From: an uncultured Holophagaceae bacterium
GTDB taxonomy: Bacteria > Acidobacteriota > Holophagae > Holophagales > Holophagaceae
Direction: 5' to 3'
DNA length: 64,000 nucleotides
Assembly: GCA_963717275.1 (NCBI GenBank)
Contig: CAVQVX010000001.1
Span: 2,131,686 to 2,195,685 of the forward strand
Shown here one piece after another: positions 54,326 through 64,000 of this stretch (within the stretch, counting starts at the first letter, position 1; every line of letters begins with the position of its first letter). A model generated the notes under the pieces. The model saw only the letters and a list, made by a program, of their open reading frames with translations. It was not told the origin of the DNA and did not search any database. The position numbers were made by a program, and so were the translations under genes.

Positions 54326-54763
54326 ATGACAGAACCCTTCGAACCGAAAATCACCGCCTTCGTCTGCAACTGGTGCACCTACGCCGGCGCCGACCTGACC
54401 GGCACCAGCCGCATCAAGTACCAGTCCAACGTCCGGGTGCTGCGCCTGCCCTGCACCGGCCGCATCGACTTCATGCTGCTGGCCAAGGCCTTCGCCCGGG
54501 GCGCGGACGGCATCATCATCTCCGGCTGCCACCCCAACGACTGCCACTACACCTCGGGCAACTACCACGCCCGGCGGCGCTGGATGGTCTACCGCAACCT
54601 GATGGACTTCATGGGCATCGACACGCAGCGGATCACCTTCTCCTGGGTGTCGGCGGCCGAGGGCGCCAAGTGGGCGGAGCTGGTGAACGAAGTCACCACC
54701 AGCATCCGGGCCATGGGCCCCTACGCCGAGTACAAGGAACTGGCCGCAGCGGGCGTCGAGTGA
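54326..54763 (+). CDS. flxD: MvhD-like [2Fe-2S] subunit (FlxD)
   Basis: FVCNWCTYAGAD, PCTGR, GCHPNDCHY..GN, WVSAAEG. Confidence 0.88.
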   Translation: MTEPFEPKITAFVCNWCTYAGADLTGTSRIKYQSNVRVLRLPCTGRIDFMLLAKAFARGADGIIISGCHPNDCHYTSGNYHARRRWMVYRNLMDFMGIDTQRITFSWVSAAEGAKWAELVNEVTTSIRAMGPYAEYKELAAAGVE

Positions 54764-54770
54764 GGCGAGC

Positions 54771-55565
54771 ATGGAACTGAGAGAGAAAGCCAAACAGCTT
54801 CTGGAATCCGGCGACGTCAAGGCGGTGCTCGGCTTCGAGCCCGGCACCCACGGCGCCCGCCGGCCGGCCTTCGCCCGCTCCGCCGCGCGCGCCGAGCGCC
54901 TGGTCCATGACGGCGAGCAGAACCTCGCCAGCTACGTCACCCGCAAGGAAGTGAAGCGCATGGGCCGGGTGGCCGTGGCCGCCAAGGCCCCGGTGCTGCG
55001 CGCCCTGCTCCAGCTCATGGCCGAGCGCCAGATCAAGGAGCAGGACGTCCTGCCCCTGGCGGTGGACGCCGCCGGCCAGGTGAAGGAACTGGCCACGGCC
55101 CAGGCCATGGAGGAACACCTGGCCCTGGAGGCCCAGGCCATCCCGCCGGCGGACCGGGAGCTCATGGACCGGCTGAACGGGATGACCCGGCAGGAGCGCT
55201 GGGCGTTCTGGCAGAAGGAGCTCTCCCGCTGCATCAAGTGCTACGCCTGCCGCAACAGCTGCCCCATGTGCTACTGCGACCACTGCACCATGGACTGCAA
55301 CCGGCCCCAGTGGGTGCCGGTGCCCAGCCACGCCCTGGGCAACCTGGAGTACCACATGGTCCGCGCCATGCACCTGGCGGGCCGCTGCGTGGAGTGCGGG
55401 GACTGCGGACGGGCCTGCCCCGTGGGCATCCCCATCCACCTGCTCACCTTCAACGCCGAAGAGAGCGTGCACGCGCAGTTCGGCCAGAAGGCCGGCGCCT
55501 CATCGAAGCTGGACTACGCCTTGTCCACCTTCCGCCCCGACGACAAAGAGACTTTCATCCGGTAG
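54771..55565 (+). CDS. flxC: 4Fe-4S dicluster protein (FlxC)
   Basis: CIKCYACRNSCPMCYC, RCVECGDCGRACP; position in the operon. Confidence 0.8.
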   Translation: MELREKAKQLLESGDVKAVLGFEPGTHGARRPAFARSAARAERLVHDGEQNLASYVTRKEVKRMGRVAVAAKAPVLRALLQLMAERQIKEQDVLPLAVDAAGQVKELATAQAMEEHLALEAQAIPPADRELMDRLNGMTRQERWAFWQKELSRCIKCYACRNSCPMCYCDHCTMDCNRPQWVPVPSHALGNLEYHMVRAMHLAGRCVECGDCGRACPVGIPIHLLTFNAEESVHAQFGQKAGASSKLDYALSTFRPDDKETFIR

Positions 55566-55573
55566 GGTGCTCC

Positions 55574-56578
55574 ATGGCAGACATGTACCAGCTCTCTTCA
55601 GCATCCCTGGACGCCCTGTTCGCGGCCATCTCGGCCTCCGGCCGGCGCATCCTCGCCCCCACCGACCGGGACGGCCGGTCCGAACTGAACCCGGTCACCA
55701 GCCCGGCCCAGGTGGCCAAGGACTACGTCCAGACCGCCCTGTCGGCCAAGGATACCGTGTTCCCCAAGGTGGAGCGGCTGCTCAGCTACACCCTGGCCCC
55801 GGGCCAGGTGGACCTGGCGGACGCCGAACCCCAGGCCGTCCCCACGGTGGTGTTCGGCATCCGCCCCTGCGAGGCGGGCGGCTTCCAGGCCCTGGACGCG
55901 GTGTTCAACTGGGACACCCGGGACAGGTTCTTCAACGCCCGGATGGAGCAGCTCACCGTCATCGGCATGGGCTGCACCCGCAGGGACGACGCCTGCTTCT
56001 GCACCTCCGTGGGCGGCGGCCCCGGCTCCGCCAAGGGCAGCGACATCCTGCTGACCCCCACGGCGGGCGGCTACCTGGCCGAAGTGCTCACGCCCAAGGG
56101 CGAAGCCATCAGGGCCCTGGCGCCTGAGGCGTTCAAGCCCGCGGCCGGAGCCGACCGGTCCATGCTGGTGGAGGTGCCGGCACGCTTCGACCAGCCGGCC
56201 CTCACGGCCAAGCTGCCGGCCCTGTTCGACAGCCCCCTGTGGGCCGAGCAGTCCCTGCGCTGCGTGGGCTGCGGCGCCTGCGCCTTCGTGTGCCCCACCT
56301 GCGTCTGCTTCGACATCCAGGAGGAGGCCGACGCCAAGTCCGGGCGGCGCCTGCGCGCCTGGGACTCCTGCGGCTACCACATGTTCACCCTGCACGCCTC
56401 CGGCCACAACCCGCGCGAAACCCAGGGGCAGCGCTGGCGCCAGCGGGTCTACCACAAGTTCTCGTACTATCCGGAGCGCTACGGGATGCTCGGCTGCGTC
56501 GGCTGCGGCAAATGCACCCGCGCCTGCCCGGTGGACATGAACCTGCAAGAGCACCTCGTCGAAGCGACCCAGGCCTAG
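55574..56578 (+). CDS. flxB: AsrA-like 4Fe-4S protein (FlxB)
   Basis: GIRPCE, CFC, CVGCGACAFVCPTCVCF, WDSC, HKF, CVGCGKCTRACP. Confidence 0.82.
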   Translation: MADMYQLSSASLDALFAAISASGRRILAPTDRDGRSELNPVTSPAQVAKDYVQTALSAKDTVFPKVERLLSYTLAPGQVDLADAEPQAVPTVVFGIRPCEAGGFQALDAVFNWDTRDRFFNARMEQLTVIGMGCTRRDDACFCTSVGGGPGSAKGSDILLTPTAGGYLAEVLTPKGEAIRALAPEAFKPAAGADRSMLVEVPARFDQPALTAKLPALFDSPLWAEQSLRCVGCGACAFVCPTCVCFDIQEEADAKSGRRLRAWDSCGYHMFTLHASGHNPRETQGQRWRQRVYHKFSYYPERYGMLGCVGCGKCTRACPVDMNLQEHLVEATQA

Positions 56579-56586
56579 GTGAAGAC

Positions 56587-57426
56587 ATGAGCGAAAAGAA
56601 CATCTACCTGCCCACCCTCATGCGGATCGCCAGGATCACCGAGGAGGCCCCCAGCGTGCGCACCTTCCGCCTGGAGTTCATGGACGAGGCCGCGGCCGCC
56701 GCCTTCGACTTCAGGACCGGCCAGTTCGGCCTCTACAGCGCCTTCGGCGAAGGCGAAAGCACCTTCTGCATCGCCTCCAGCCCCACCCGCAAGGGCTACA
56801 TCGAGTGCACCTTCCGCGAAGTGGGGCGGGTGACGGCGGGGCTGGCCGACAAGGAGGTGGGTGACGTCGTGGGCTTCCGGGGGCCCTACGGCAACGTCTT
56901 CCCGATCGAGGACTGGAAGGGCAGGAACCTCCTCTTCATCGCCGGCGGCATCGCCCTGCCGCCCCTGCGCAGCGTCATCTGGAACTGCCTGGACCTGCGC
57001 GACTGGTTCAAGGACATCACCATCGTCTACGGCGCCCGGTCCGTGGCCGACCTGGTCTACAAGCACGAACTCAAGGAGTGGGCGGAGCGGCCGGACGTGA
57101 ACCTGCTGTGCACCGTCGACCCCGGCGGCGAGACGCCGGACTGGACCGGCAAGGTGGGCTTCGTCCCGCTCATCGTCGAGCAGGCCAATCCCAGCCCCGA
57201 AAACACCGTCGCGCTGGTGTGCGGGCCGCCGATCATGATCAAGCTGACCCTGCCCGTGCTGCAGAAGCTGGGCTTCACCCCCGGCAGCATCTACACGACG
57301 CTGGAGAACCGCATGAAGTGCGGCGTGGGCAAGTGCGGGCGCTGCAACACGGGCAAGAGCTATGTCTGCAAGGACGGGCCGGTGTACACCCTTGAGCAGT
57401 TGAGCCAGCTGCCGGCGGAATATTAG
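56587..57426 (+). CDS. flxA: FAD/NAD-binding [2Fe-2S] subunit, AsrB/PyrK-like (FlxA)
   Basis: RGPYGN, IAGGIALPPLR, CGPPIMI, LENRMKCGVGKCGRC..CKDGPV. Confidence 0.85.
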   Translation: MSEKNIYLPTLMRIARITEEAPSVRTFRLEFMDEAAAAAFDFRTGQFGLYSAFGEGESTFCIASSPTRKGYIECTFREVGRVTAGLADKEVGDVVGFRGPYGNVFPIEDWKGRNLLFIAGGIALPPLRSVIWNCLDLRDWFKDITIVYGARSVADLVYKHELKEWAERPDVNLLCTVDPGGETPDWTGKVGFVPLIVEQANPSPENTVALVCGPPIMIKLTLPVLQKLGFTPGSIYTTLENRMKCGVGKCGRCNTGKSYVCKDGPVYTLEQLSQLPAEY

Positions 57427-57715
57427 GAGAGCGTTTAGAAAGTTGCCATTTGCAAAGCGGGCGATGAGGATGCGGACGAGAATCATCCGGATCATGCACG
57501 CTGCCGTCACAACCAGGATGATGCGCGGCGATTAGCGGCGAAGCCCTGGGCATCAGAGACCCCCACCCAGGAAGCCTGGGCAGATCATGGCACCCACGAC
57601 TATCGAGGGCCTGTAACCCAAGTTCTATGCGAGGTGAGGTTGTCTCTGATGCCTCTGATTGAGGTGCTCCGCTTGCAGTTGAGAATGAACAAACTATTGA
57701 ATAAAATGATATGAG

Positions 57716-58516
57716 TTAATTTATATTAACCACGGCCAGTAGGGTTTGCCCCGATCCATCTTGAGCCGTCCCGGTGAGGAACGCCACTGGCGTCCCAGAG
57801 ACAGGCTTGGTTATTATCGCGCGCCACGCCGTGAGGGTGGAATCTTGCATCGGTGCAACCTGGCCTTCATTCGAATAATTAGGCCAGGACCATTGCGTCG
57901 GGATGTTTGTTTCAATCTCGACAATATCGCCAGAAGCAATCCCTATTGTTTGGCCGCCAAACGTTTGCGGAGTAAAAGCTGAACCTGCTTGAATGCCATT
58001 ATCAAAGATACTGCCACTCAACATAGGGGTGATCGTGACTGCGAATGGCAAGGTACCGCCAACAACCGTGTATGCCTGGGTCAATGCGGCATCTTTATAT
58101 AAAGCAAGAGTTATTGTGCCGGGATAGGTTCCAGGTTGCAGACTCGTATCCGGCTTGAAGACGGCATTGTAACTCCCATCACCATTTACGGTAACGGTCG
58201 TGTTTGCAGCTACAAACCCTTGACCATTCAGGGTGATTTCAGGATAGATCGAACCTGTAGGAACCGGGCTGACCGTTCCGCTCACCTCGGTCGATACAAC
58301 TGCGGCGGAATCTTGATAAGTCCCCTGGAGATAGGCCGCAGAACCGGTCAATGTTGACACCGACTTGGTGATCGTAATCACATTCGAATTAGCAGCACTT
58401 CCACCACCACCACCACCGCAGGCTTGAAGCAATGCCAGGGATGGCACAACCAGGAAGGCCGAGACCAGGGTTGAGAAGAAACTCCCCCTTGCCCAGCGGT
58501 TCAAGAGTCCACGCAT
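57716..58516 (-). CDS. Low-GC lipoprotein with beta-rich (Ig-like) body
   Basis: Lipobox LQAC followed by GGGGGGS; T/S/G-rich; visibly lower GC than neighbours. Confidence 0.7.
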   Translation of the reverse strand: MRGLLNRWARGSFFSTLVSAFLVVPSLALLQACGGGGGGSAANSNVITITKSVSTLTGSAAYLQGTYQDSAAVVSTEVSGTVSPVPTGSIYPEITLNGQGFVAANTTVTVNGDGSYNAVFKPDTSLQPGTYPGTITLALYKDAALTQAYTVVGGTLPFAVTITPMLSGSIFDNGIQAGSAFTPQTFGGQTIGIASGDIVEIETNIPTQWSWPNYSNEGQVAPMQDSTLTAWRAIITKPVSGTPVAFLTGTAQDGSGQTLLAVVNIN

Positions 58517-58699
58517 GATTTTCCTTTCACATCAAATGGTTGGGGTAACCACATGGTTGCACTATTAATAAAAAAAATAAAGAGATTTTATTTGTGTTCT
58601 TCAATAAAACCGCAAGGAAGCCAGTTCGGCCGCTGATTGAACCCCAGTGAACCAGACATTGCCCTCCGGCCGGAGTACGGAATGGGCCAGGGCTTGTGC

Positions 58700-58932
58700 G
58701 GACTTGGCCGTTATCCTTCGAGTCTGACTGACCTTGAGTGGGATGGCGGCCGTCTGGTCATCGCCGAAGCCAAACCACGGACCCCGGCGGTCAAGGTGCT
58801 TCCTTGGCGCTGGGTCGTTGAACGAACCTTTGGCTGGCTGCTCCAATTTCCCTTCTCAGCGACGCTCGGCGAGCCTTCAGCGCATTGCTGAATTTTGCCC
58901 TGGGACGAATCGGTTCATTTGCAGACACCCTC
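58700..58932 (+). pseudogene. Internally deleted IS5-family (IS1031/IS427-type) transposase with right end
   Basis: N-terminal RYPSSLTDLEW fused to C-terminal KVLPWRWVVERTFGWL; TTTGCAGACACCCTC right-IR-like end. Confidence 0.7.
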
Positions 58933-59583
58933 TTAATTCGGCTTGGACGGGTCCAGCTTGTCCAGGTCCGCGTTCAGCTTCTCCTCCGTGTCGCTCGCCT
59001 CCACGGCCTTGTCCACCTTGGGCAGGGCCGGCTGGAGGGTGGTCTCGCCGCGGGCGATCTCCTTCCGGATCTCCACCTTGGCGGTGCTGGCCAGGGCCGC
59101 GTTGACGTTGTCGCGGCCCATCACCAGGAACAGGTAGAGCGAGCCGTCGCTGGGGTCGGTCCAGGTGGCGCGGGTGCTGGCGCCCACCAGCTCCTGGTCC
59201 ACCAACTGGCGGGTGACGTTGTTGATGACCCGGTTCATGACGTCCTGGCGGATGGGCTTTTCGCCCGCGCCGGCGGCGGCGGTGGTCACCTGCTGGTTGA
59301 GCTGGGTGAACATGCTCTGCACCCGGACCTTGAGCTTCCCGGCCAGCTTGGCGCGGGCGTCGGCCACGGCGGTCGTGCGCTGGAAGGCCTTGTCGCCCAT
59401 GGGGTTGGGCTGGGCGATGCCCACGGCGGCGAGGCCGTCGGGGATCTCTTCATGGTCGACCCAAGCGGGGGCCTGGGACGCCGTTCCGGACCCGGCGGCG
59501 TAACCCGAAGCCACCCGGGGGGAGCCGCAGGCGAGACCCGCGAGAAGCAGGATTCCCAGGGTCAGGGTGGGCCACAAGCGCAT
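58933..59583 (-). CDS. LPP20-like lipoprotein
   Basis: Lipobox GLAC, PAWV, AVGIA..A.ADARAKLA. Confidence 0.75.
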   Translation of the reverse strand: MRLWPTLTLGILLLAGLACGSPRVASGYAAGSGTASQAPAWVDHEEIPDGLAAVGIAQPNPMGDKAFQRTTAVADARAKLAGKLKVRVQSMFTQLNQQVTTAAAGAGEKPIRQDVMNRVINNVTRQLVDQELVGASTRATWTDPSDGSLYLFLVMGRDNVNAALASTAKVEIRKEIARGETTLQPALPKVDKAVEASDTEEKLNADLDKLDPSKPN

Positions 59584-59622
59584 GCCGGCTCCTGTCGAGG
59601 GGCGAACAAGCCCCTGGGACCA

Positions 59623-60327
59623 TTATGCCTTCAAGGCGAGGATGCGGCGCTCGAAGACCTGGTGGATGTCCCGGCCGTTCCACCGGAAGGTGAGGTAGGT
59701 GTCGTGCCGGCAGGCGCGCAGGATGTTGGGATCGAAGACGGCCGCGCAGGCGCCGCCCTCCCGCCGCAGGCTGAGCCAGAGGACCCCGGCGGATCCGGCG
59801 GCCCGCAGGCTGGCGGCGAAGGCCTGGGAGGCGGCGTAGGAATGGGGATCGTGGATGGCCGCCCAGGGCGCCCGCGCCCGTGGGCAGCCGCGCAGGTCAT
59901 GCACGGTGCCGTGGAGGTGCACGCCCAGGGCGCGGTATTCCAGGTCCATGGATTCAAGGATGCCTTCCTTCCGGTAGTCCTGCTCCAGGTGGAACTTCAC
60001 CTCGGCGACGCTGGTCTCGATTTCCCGGGCCGCGTAGAAGGCCCCCTGGCGGTGGCTGGAAAAGCGGCCGGGCCGCGGGGCGATGAAGGCGGCGTTGATC
60101 CAGCCGGCGCCGGCGCCGAACAGGATCCTGCCGGGGTCCATGGAGGCGAAGTCTCCCGCGCCGGCCCCGGTGAGGTCCGCCAGTTGGACCAGGAGGTCCC
60201 CTTCTGCCGGGGTGTCGGAGATGCGCTCGAAGCACGCTTCCGGCCGGTAGCGGGCCGGAACCAGGCGGCAGGCCTGGGCCCAGTCCACCGGGCGTGAGGG
60301 GACCCGTTCCGGCCGCGGCAGCTTCAT
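59623..60327 (-). CDS. RES-domain toxin
   Basis: RLV, GRFS..GAFYAARE..TSVAE, Y.ASQ.FA..LR..G..GV...S.R..GG.C.AVF. Confidence 0.85.
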   Translation of the reverse strand: MKLPRPERVPSRPVDWAQACRLVPARYRPEACFERISDTPAEGDLLVQLADLTGAGAGDFASMDPGRILFGAGAGWINAAFIAPRPGRFSSHRQGAFYAAREIETSVAEVKFHLEQDYRKEGILESMDLEYRALGVHLHGTVHDLRGCPRARAPWAAIHDPHSYAASQAFAASLRAAGSAGVLWLSLRREGGACAAVFDPNILRACRHDTYLTFRWNGRDIHQVFERRILALKA

Positions 60328-60752
60328 CGGCCGAACCGCCAGGCTTCCAGGCAGCGCCGGACGTCCACCAGGGCGGCCACGGAGCCCTGGAGCATCCAGG
60401 CCAGGGGCGAATGATCGCCGAAGCGGTGGTCCGGGTGCGGTCGGCGCATCCAGCCCAGGGCCGCCTGCGGGTTGGGCAGGAGGATCTCCAGGTTGCCCCA
60501 GATGCCCATGATCAGGGACAGCCGTTCCAGGGTGTCGGTGGACACGGTCCGGGCGCTGCCGTTGAGGATGGCGTAGTAGGTGGTCCTGGGCAGGCCGCCG
60601 AGCAGGATCCGCTGCTGCTCCACCGTGAGGCCCCAGTGCTCCCCGATCCGGGCCAGGCCGTGGATGCCGGCCTTGGCCAGGTCCAGGGCCTGGCGGCCGG
60701 CGGGGAAGGGGCGGAAAGGCGAATTTGACCAAGGAGCAAGGGCGTTTTCCAT
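60324..60752 (-). CDS. Xre/MbcA/ParS-type antitoxin
   Basis: WGLT..QQ..LLG, DTLERLS..GIW..L..L, WMRRP..FG..PL; overlaps the toxin start. Confidence 0.85.
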   Translation of the reverse strand: MENALAPWSNSPFRPFPAGRQALDLAKAGIHGLARIGEHWGLTVEQQRILLGGLPRTTYYAILNGSARTVSTDTLERLSLIMGIWGNLEILLPNPQAALGWMRRPHPDHRFGDHSPLAWMLQGSVAALVDVRRCLEAWRFGR

Positions 60753-60881
60753 GATTCGGCCTCGGCCCCAGGGTAGTCCCAATCCGGATGATTTCAAGCT
60801 TGATGTACTTATAGGAACTGACTGGAATCCAGCCAGGATTTCTCCGCCTCCGACGTCAAGGCAAAGGCACCGGAAAACCTG

Positions 60882-61209
60882 GCCGGGGATGAACAGTGAT
60901 GAACGGGGATAAACGGGATGAGGACAAATCTGGATGCGCCAGGTTCCGACCCACTCACGCATGCACACCCTGGCCCCGCTGAAAGCGGGGTCCCGGGCTG
61001 CGCCCGGGAGTTCCGGAGGCGAGTGGCCGGTGGCACACGCCCTGGGAACGCACGACGGGATTGATCTGTCCGCCCTGGGCGCGTGCCACCGGCCACTCGC
61101 CTCCGGAACCCTTGGGTGCGCATGCTCGCGGCGCGAAAAACAAGCAGTTCATTGTCCCTTGGCTAGCGTTATCTTCGTTTATCCCCATTCATCACCGTTC
61201 ATCCCCGGC
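60882..61209. repeat. Nested long palindrome (three stacked inverted repeats plus two side hairpins)
   Basis: 32/34 (60882-60915 vs 61176-61209), 11/12 (60959-60970 vs 61114-61125), 32/33 (61010-61042 vs 61077-61109). Confidence 0.85.
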
Positions 61210-61283
61210 TAAAAGTCTTTCCAGTCATAACGAAGTGATCGCGGTCCTGGTCATCCCCCATGATCTGACCGACCCGTTCGATT

Positions 61284-62615
61284 GAGCCTGTCAGAAATTT
61301 TGTGTGTGGGCCACTTCCTGCAGGAGCATGGAGCATGGCTATCACACCCGAAATCCTAAAAGAGCTGTTGAAGGGCTACGAAAAGCCCGAGGACCTGATG
61401 GGCCCGGAAGGGATTCTGAAGCAGCTCACCAAGGCGTTGGTAGAAACGGCAATGGATGCAGAGCTTACGAATCACCTTGGCTATGAGAAGGGCGATCGTG
61501 CCGGCAAAAAGGCAAGCAACCACCGCAACGGATCGTCCAAAAAGACTCTGATAGGAGAAGACGGCCCTGTGGAGATCGAGGTGCCACGGGATCGTGAAGG
61601 CACCTTTGAGCCTCAGATCATTCCGAAGGGTCAGCGGCGTTTCGATGGGTTTGACCAGAAGATCGTGGCCATGTACGCCCGGGGAATGACCGTACGGGAG
61701 ATCCAGGCATTCCTGGAGGAGCAGTGACGGAGCCGAGGTCTCGCCAGACCTGATCAGCGAAGTGACCAGTGCCGTCATGGAGGAGGTGAAGGCTTGGCAA
61801 GTCAGGCCCTTGGACAAGCTGTATCCGGTCCTGTTCCTGGACGCGCTGCGGGTAAAGATCCGGGACGAGGGCACCGTGATGAACAAGGCCATCTACTTGG
61901 CCCTTGCCATAAGGCGCGATGGCACCCGGGAGGTCCTGGGGCTGTGGATCGAGCAGACGGAGGGGGCGAAGTTCTGGCGCGGGGTCGTTACGGAGCTCCA
62001 GAGCCGCGGTGTAGAGACCATCCTGCTGGCGGTGGTGGACGGGCTGAAGGGCTTCCCTGAGGCGATCCAGGCGGTGTTCCCGCAGACAGAGATCCAGAAC
62101 TGCATCGTCCACCTCCTTCGGAACAGCATGGAATACTGTAATTTCAAGGATCGGACACCGGTGGTCCACGAACTCAAGGGGATCTACAAGGCCATCAACG
62201 CCGAGGCGGCTATGCAGTGCCTGGATGCCTTCGAAGCCGGGCCTTTCGGGAAGAAATACCCGCCCATCGTCCGTCTCTGGCGCCGGGCCTGGGACCAGGT
62301 GATCCCATTCATGTCCTACCCGGAGCCAGTCCGGAAGCTGGTCTACACCACCAACGCGATCGAGAGTCTGAATGCCAGGCTGCGCAAGATCCTCAAGGCC
62401 AGGGGGCATTTCCCCAATGACCAGGCGGCCACGAAGCTGATCTACTTGGTGCTGAGGAACCAGACCAAGAACTGGCACAAGATAGTCCACGGCTGGAGGG
62501 AAGCCCTGAACCACTTCGCGATTCTCTACCCCCAGCACTTCGATCGGCCGCAGCCTTGAACCTGGAGATCAAGCCCCGATGAAACCCGCCCAAACACAAA
62601 ATTTCTGATACTCCC
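61284..62615 (+). mobile_element. IS256-family insertion sequence with 8-bp target duplication
   Basis: IR core TCAGAAATTTTGTGT / ACACAAAATTTCTGA; GTTCGATT at 61276 and 62616. Confidence 0.92.
61335..62559 (+). CDS. IS256 transposase; +1 frameshift near 61726 (error or pseudogene)
   Basis: NHRNG, VPRDREGTFEPQ, LFLDAL, VDGLKGFPEAI, YTTNAIESLN. Confidence 0.9.
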
Positions 62616-62654
62616 GTTCGATTCTGGGATAACCTTTCCGGGGATATTCCACCC

Positions 62655-63137
62655 ATGATCCGGTCAGCCACACCCTCCGACGCCGAAGCGATCATCGCCA
62701 TCTACAATCCGTACGTGGCCAGCACGGCCATCACGTTCGAGACCGTCCCGGTCACGGCGGATGAAATGGCCGGGCGCATCCGGAACGTGCTGGCCTCCTA
62801 CCCCTGGATCGTGCGCGAGGAGAAGGGCGAAATCCTGGGCTACGCCTACGCCGGCCGCTGGAAGGACCGGGAGGCCTACCGGTTCTCGGTGGAGACCACG
62901 GTGTACGTGGCCTCGGAGCATGCCCGCAAGGGCGTCGGCGCGAGCCTGTACCAGGCCCTGATCCCGGAGCTGCGCCGACGCGGGTTCCACACCGCGCTCG
63001 GCGTCATCGCCCTGCCCAACGACGCCAGCGTCGCCCTGCACGAGCGGTTCGGCTTCGTGCAGGTGGGCCGGCTGCCCCAGGTGGGCTGGAAGCTGGAGCG
63101 CTGGGTGGACGTGGGCACCTGGTCGCTGACGCTCTGA
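62655..63137 (+). CDS. GNAT N-acetyltransferase (phosphinothricin/MnaT-like)
   Basis: IYNPYV..TAITFE, RKGVGASLY, NDASVALHERFGF..VGWK..RWVDV. Confidence 0.9.
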   Translation: MIRSATPSDAEAIIAIYNPYVASTAITFETVPVTADEMAGRIRNVLASYPWIVREEKGEILGYAYAGRWKDREAYRFSVETTVYVASEHARKGVGASLYQALIPELRRRGFHTALGVIALPNDASVALHERFGFVQVGRLPQVGWKLERWVDVGTWSLTL

Positions 63138-63138
63138 A

Positions 63139-63649
63139 TCACATCCCGGGTTCGTCGGCGCTGGGGCCGTAGATCGCCGGCACAGGCACGTCCAGCATGC
63201 GCAGGTAGACGCCGAGCTGGGCCCGGTGGTGGATCAGGTGGCTCATGATGAAGCCCCGGTACACGGCGATCCGCGGCATGGACACGACCACCTTGCCGTC
63301 GTTCTTGCCGGTCCAGGTGGCGTGGAACGCGTCGTCCGGCACCCCGGCCAGGGCCTGCCGGCCCTGGGCGGCGCAGCGGTCGAACAGGGCCAGCAGGTCG
63401 TCCCGGGTGGCCACCGCTGCCGGCATGGAGGCCTTGACCTTGGGGTCGCTGAACTCGAACTCGGTCTCGTGCATGGTGGACACGAGCCAGCCCGGGATGG
63501 TCGCCAGGTGGTTGGCGAGCTGGCCCAGGGTCATGGACTTGACGTGGGGCACGTAGCCGAACTTGCCATCGGGGACGCGGGCCAGCGCCTTGCGGGTGCC
63601 GGCGATCTCGTGGTCGGTACTCGGGCAGTAGGGTCTGGGCGATGTTCAT
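63139..63649 (-). CDS. DinB-family protein (frameshift near 63615)
   Basis: PHVKSMTLGQLANHLA, HLIHHRAQLGVYLR..VPAIYGPSAD. Confidence 0.85.
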
Positions 63650-63718
63650 GGCCGCTCCTTGTGGGGAGCCCCATGATGGCGTAAATATCCGGCACCCGGA
63701 AAGGGGTTTACGGACATT

Positions 63719-64000
63719 TCACAGCAGCCGCTCCAGGTTCCGGAGGTAGTCCGGGTCCGGCCGGGCCCCGAGACCGGGCTCTTCGGGCAGGGAGATCATC
63801 CCGCCCCGGTAGCTCACGCCGCCCTCGACGGGGTTCTCCGCGTGCTCCAGGCAGGAATCCAGGTCGAAGAACCGGATCACCGGGTTGGCGCTGGCGAAAT
63901 GGGCGGCCGCGGTGACCCCCAGGCGCGACTCGGACATGCAGCCCATCATGCAGGCCCGGTGCCCGGCCTCGGCCACGGAGGCCAGTTTCTGGGCGTTGGC
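63719..64000 (-). CDS. Enolase-superfamily enzyme (dipeptide epimerase-like), C-terminal part only
   Basis: CMMGCMSES, FDLD, PGLG; runs off the window edge. Confidence 0.75.
   Translation of the reverse strand, partial: ANAQKLASVAEAGHRACMMGCMSESRLGVTAAAHFASANPVIRFFDLDSCLEHAENPVEGGVSYRGGMISLPEEPGLGARPDPDYLRNLERLL

Overview
GC-rich bacterial chromosome segment from an anaerobe. Gene content resembles Holophagae-type Acidobacteriota, but this is an impression, not a computed result. Many otherwise intact genes carry single-base frameshifts, most likely long-read indel errors, so I re-joined them. Layout: 0-7.5 kb holds kynU, an aldo/keto reductase, leuA with an unannotated Leu-rich leader peptide, a His-tract low-complexity protein, aqpZ and glgA. 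About 7.5-34.2 kb is an accessory region ending at tRNA-fMet. 34.4-50.5 kb is mostly core genes (pyrF, Smr, LysM, rsmG, ybeY, yebC, motAB, scpB, psd) plus an IS1634. 50.8-57.4 kb is a complete hdrCBA-flxDCBA operon. 57.4-64 kb holds an IS5 relic, lipoproteins, a RES-Xre toxin-antitoxin pair, a nested palindrome and an IS256. Best candidate for an undescribed system: a LysR regulon defined by a repeated double ATAC-N7-GTAT operator (7 units at 5 loci). It links a putative O2-independent quinate/shikimate (cyclitol) ring-cleavage operon, two copies of a ShiA-like transporter, an SLH/metallo-beta-lactamase-fold surface lipoprotein and a DUF3299/ABC metal module. Also notable are a split WbdD-like methyltransferase plus kinase pair, and mobile elements stacked at shared stop codons of convergent genes.
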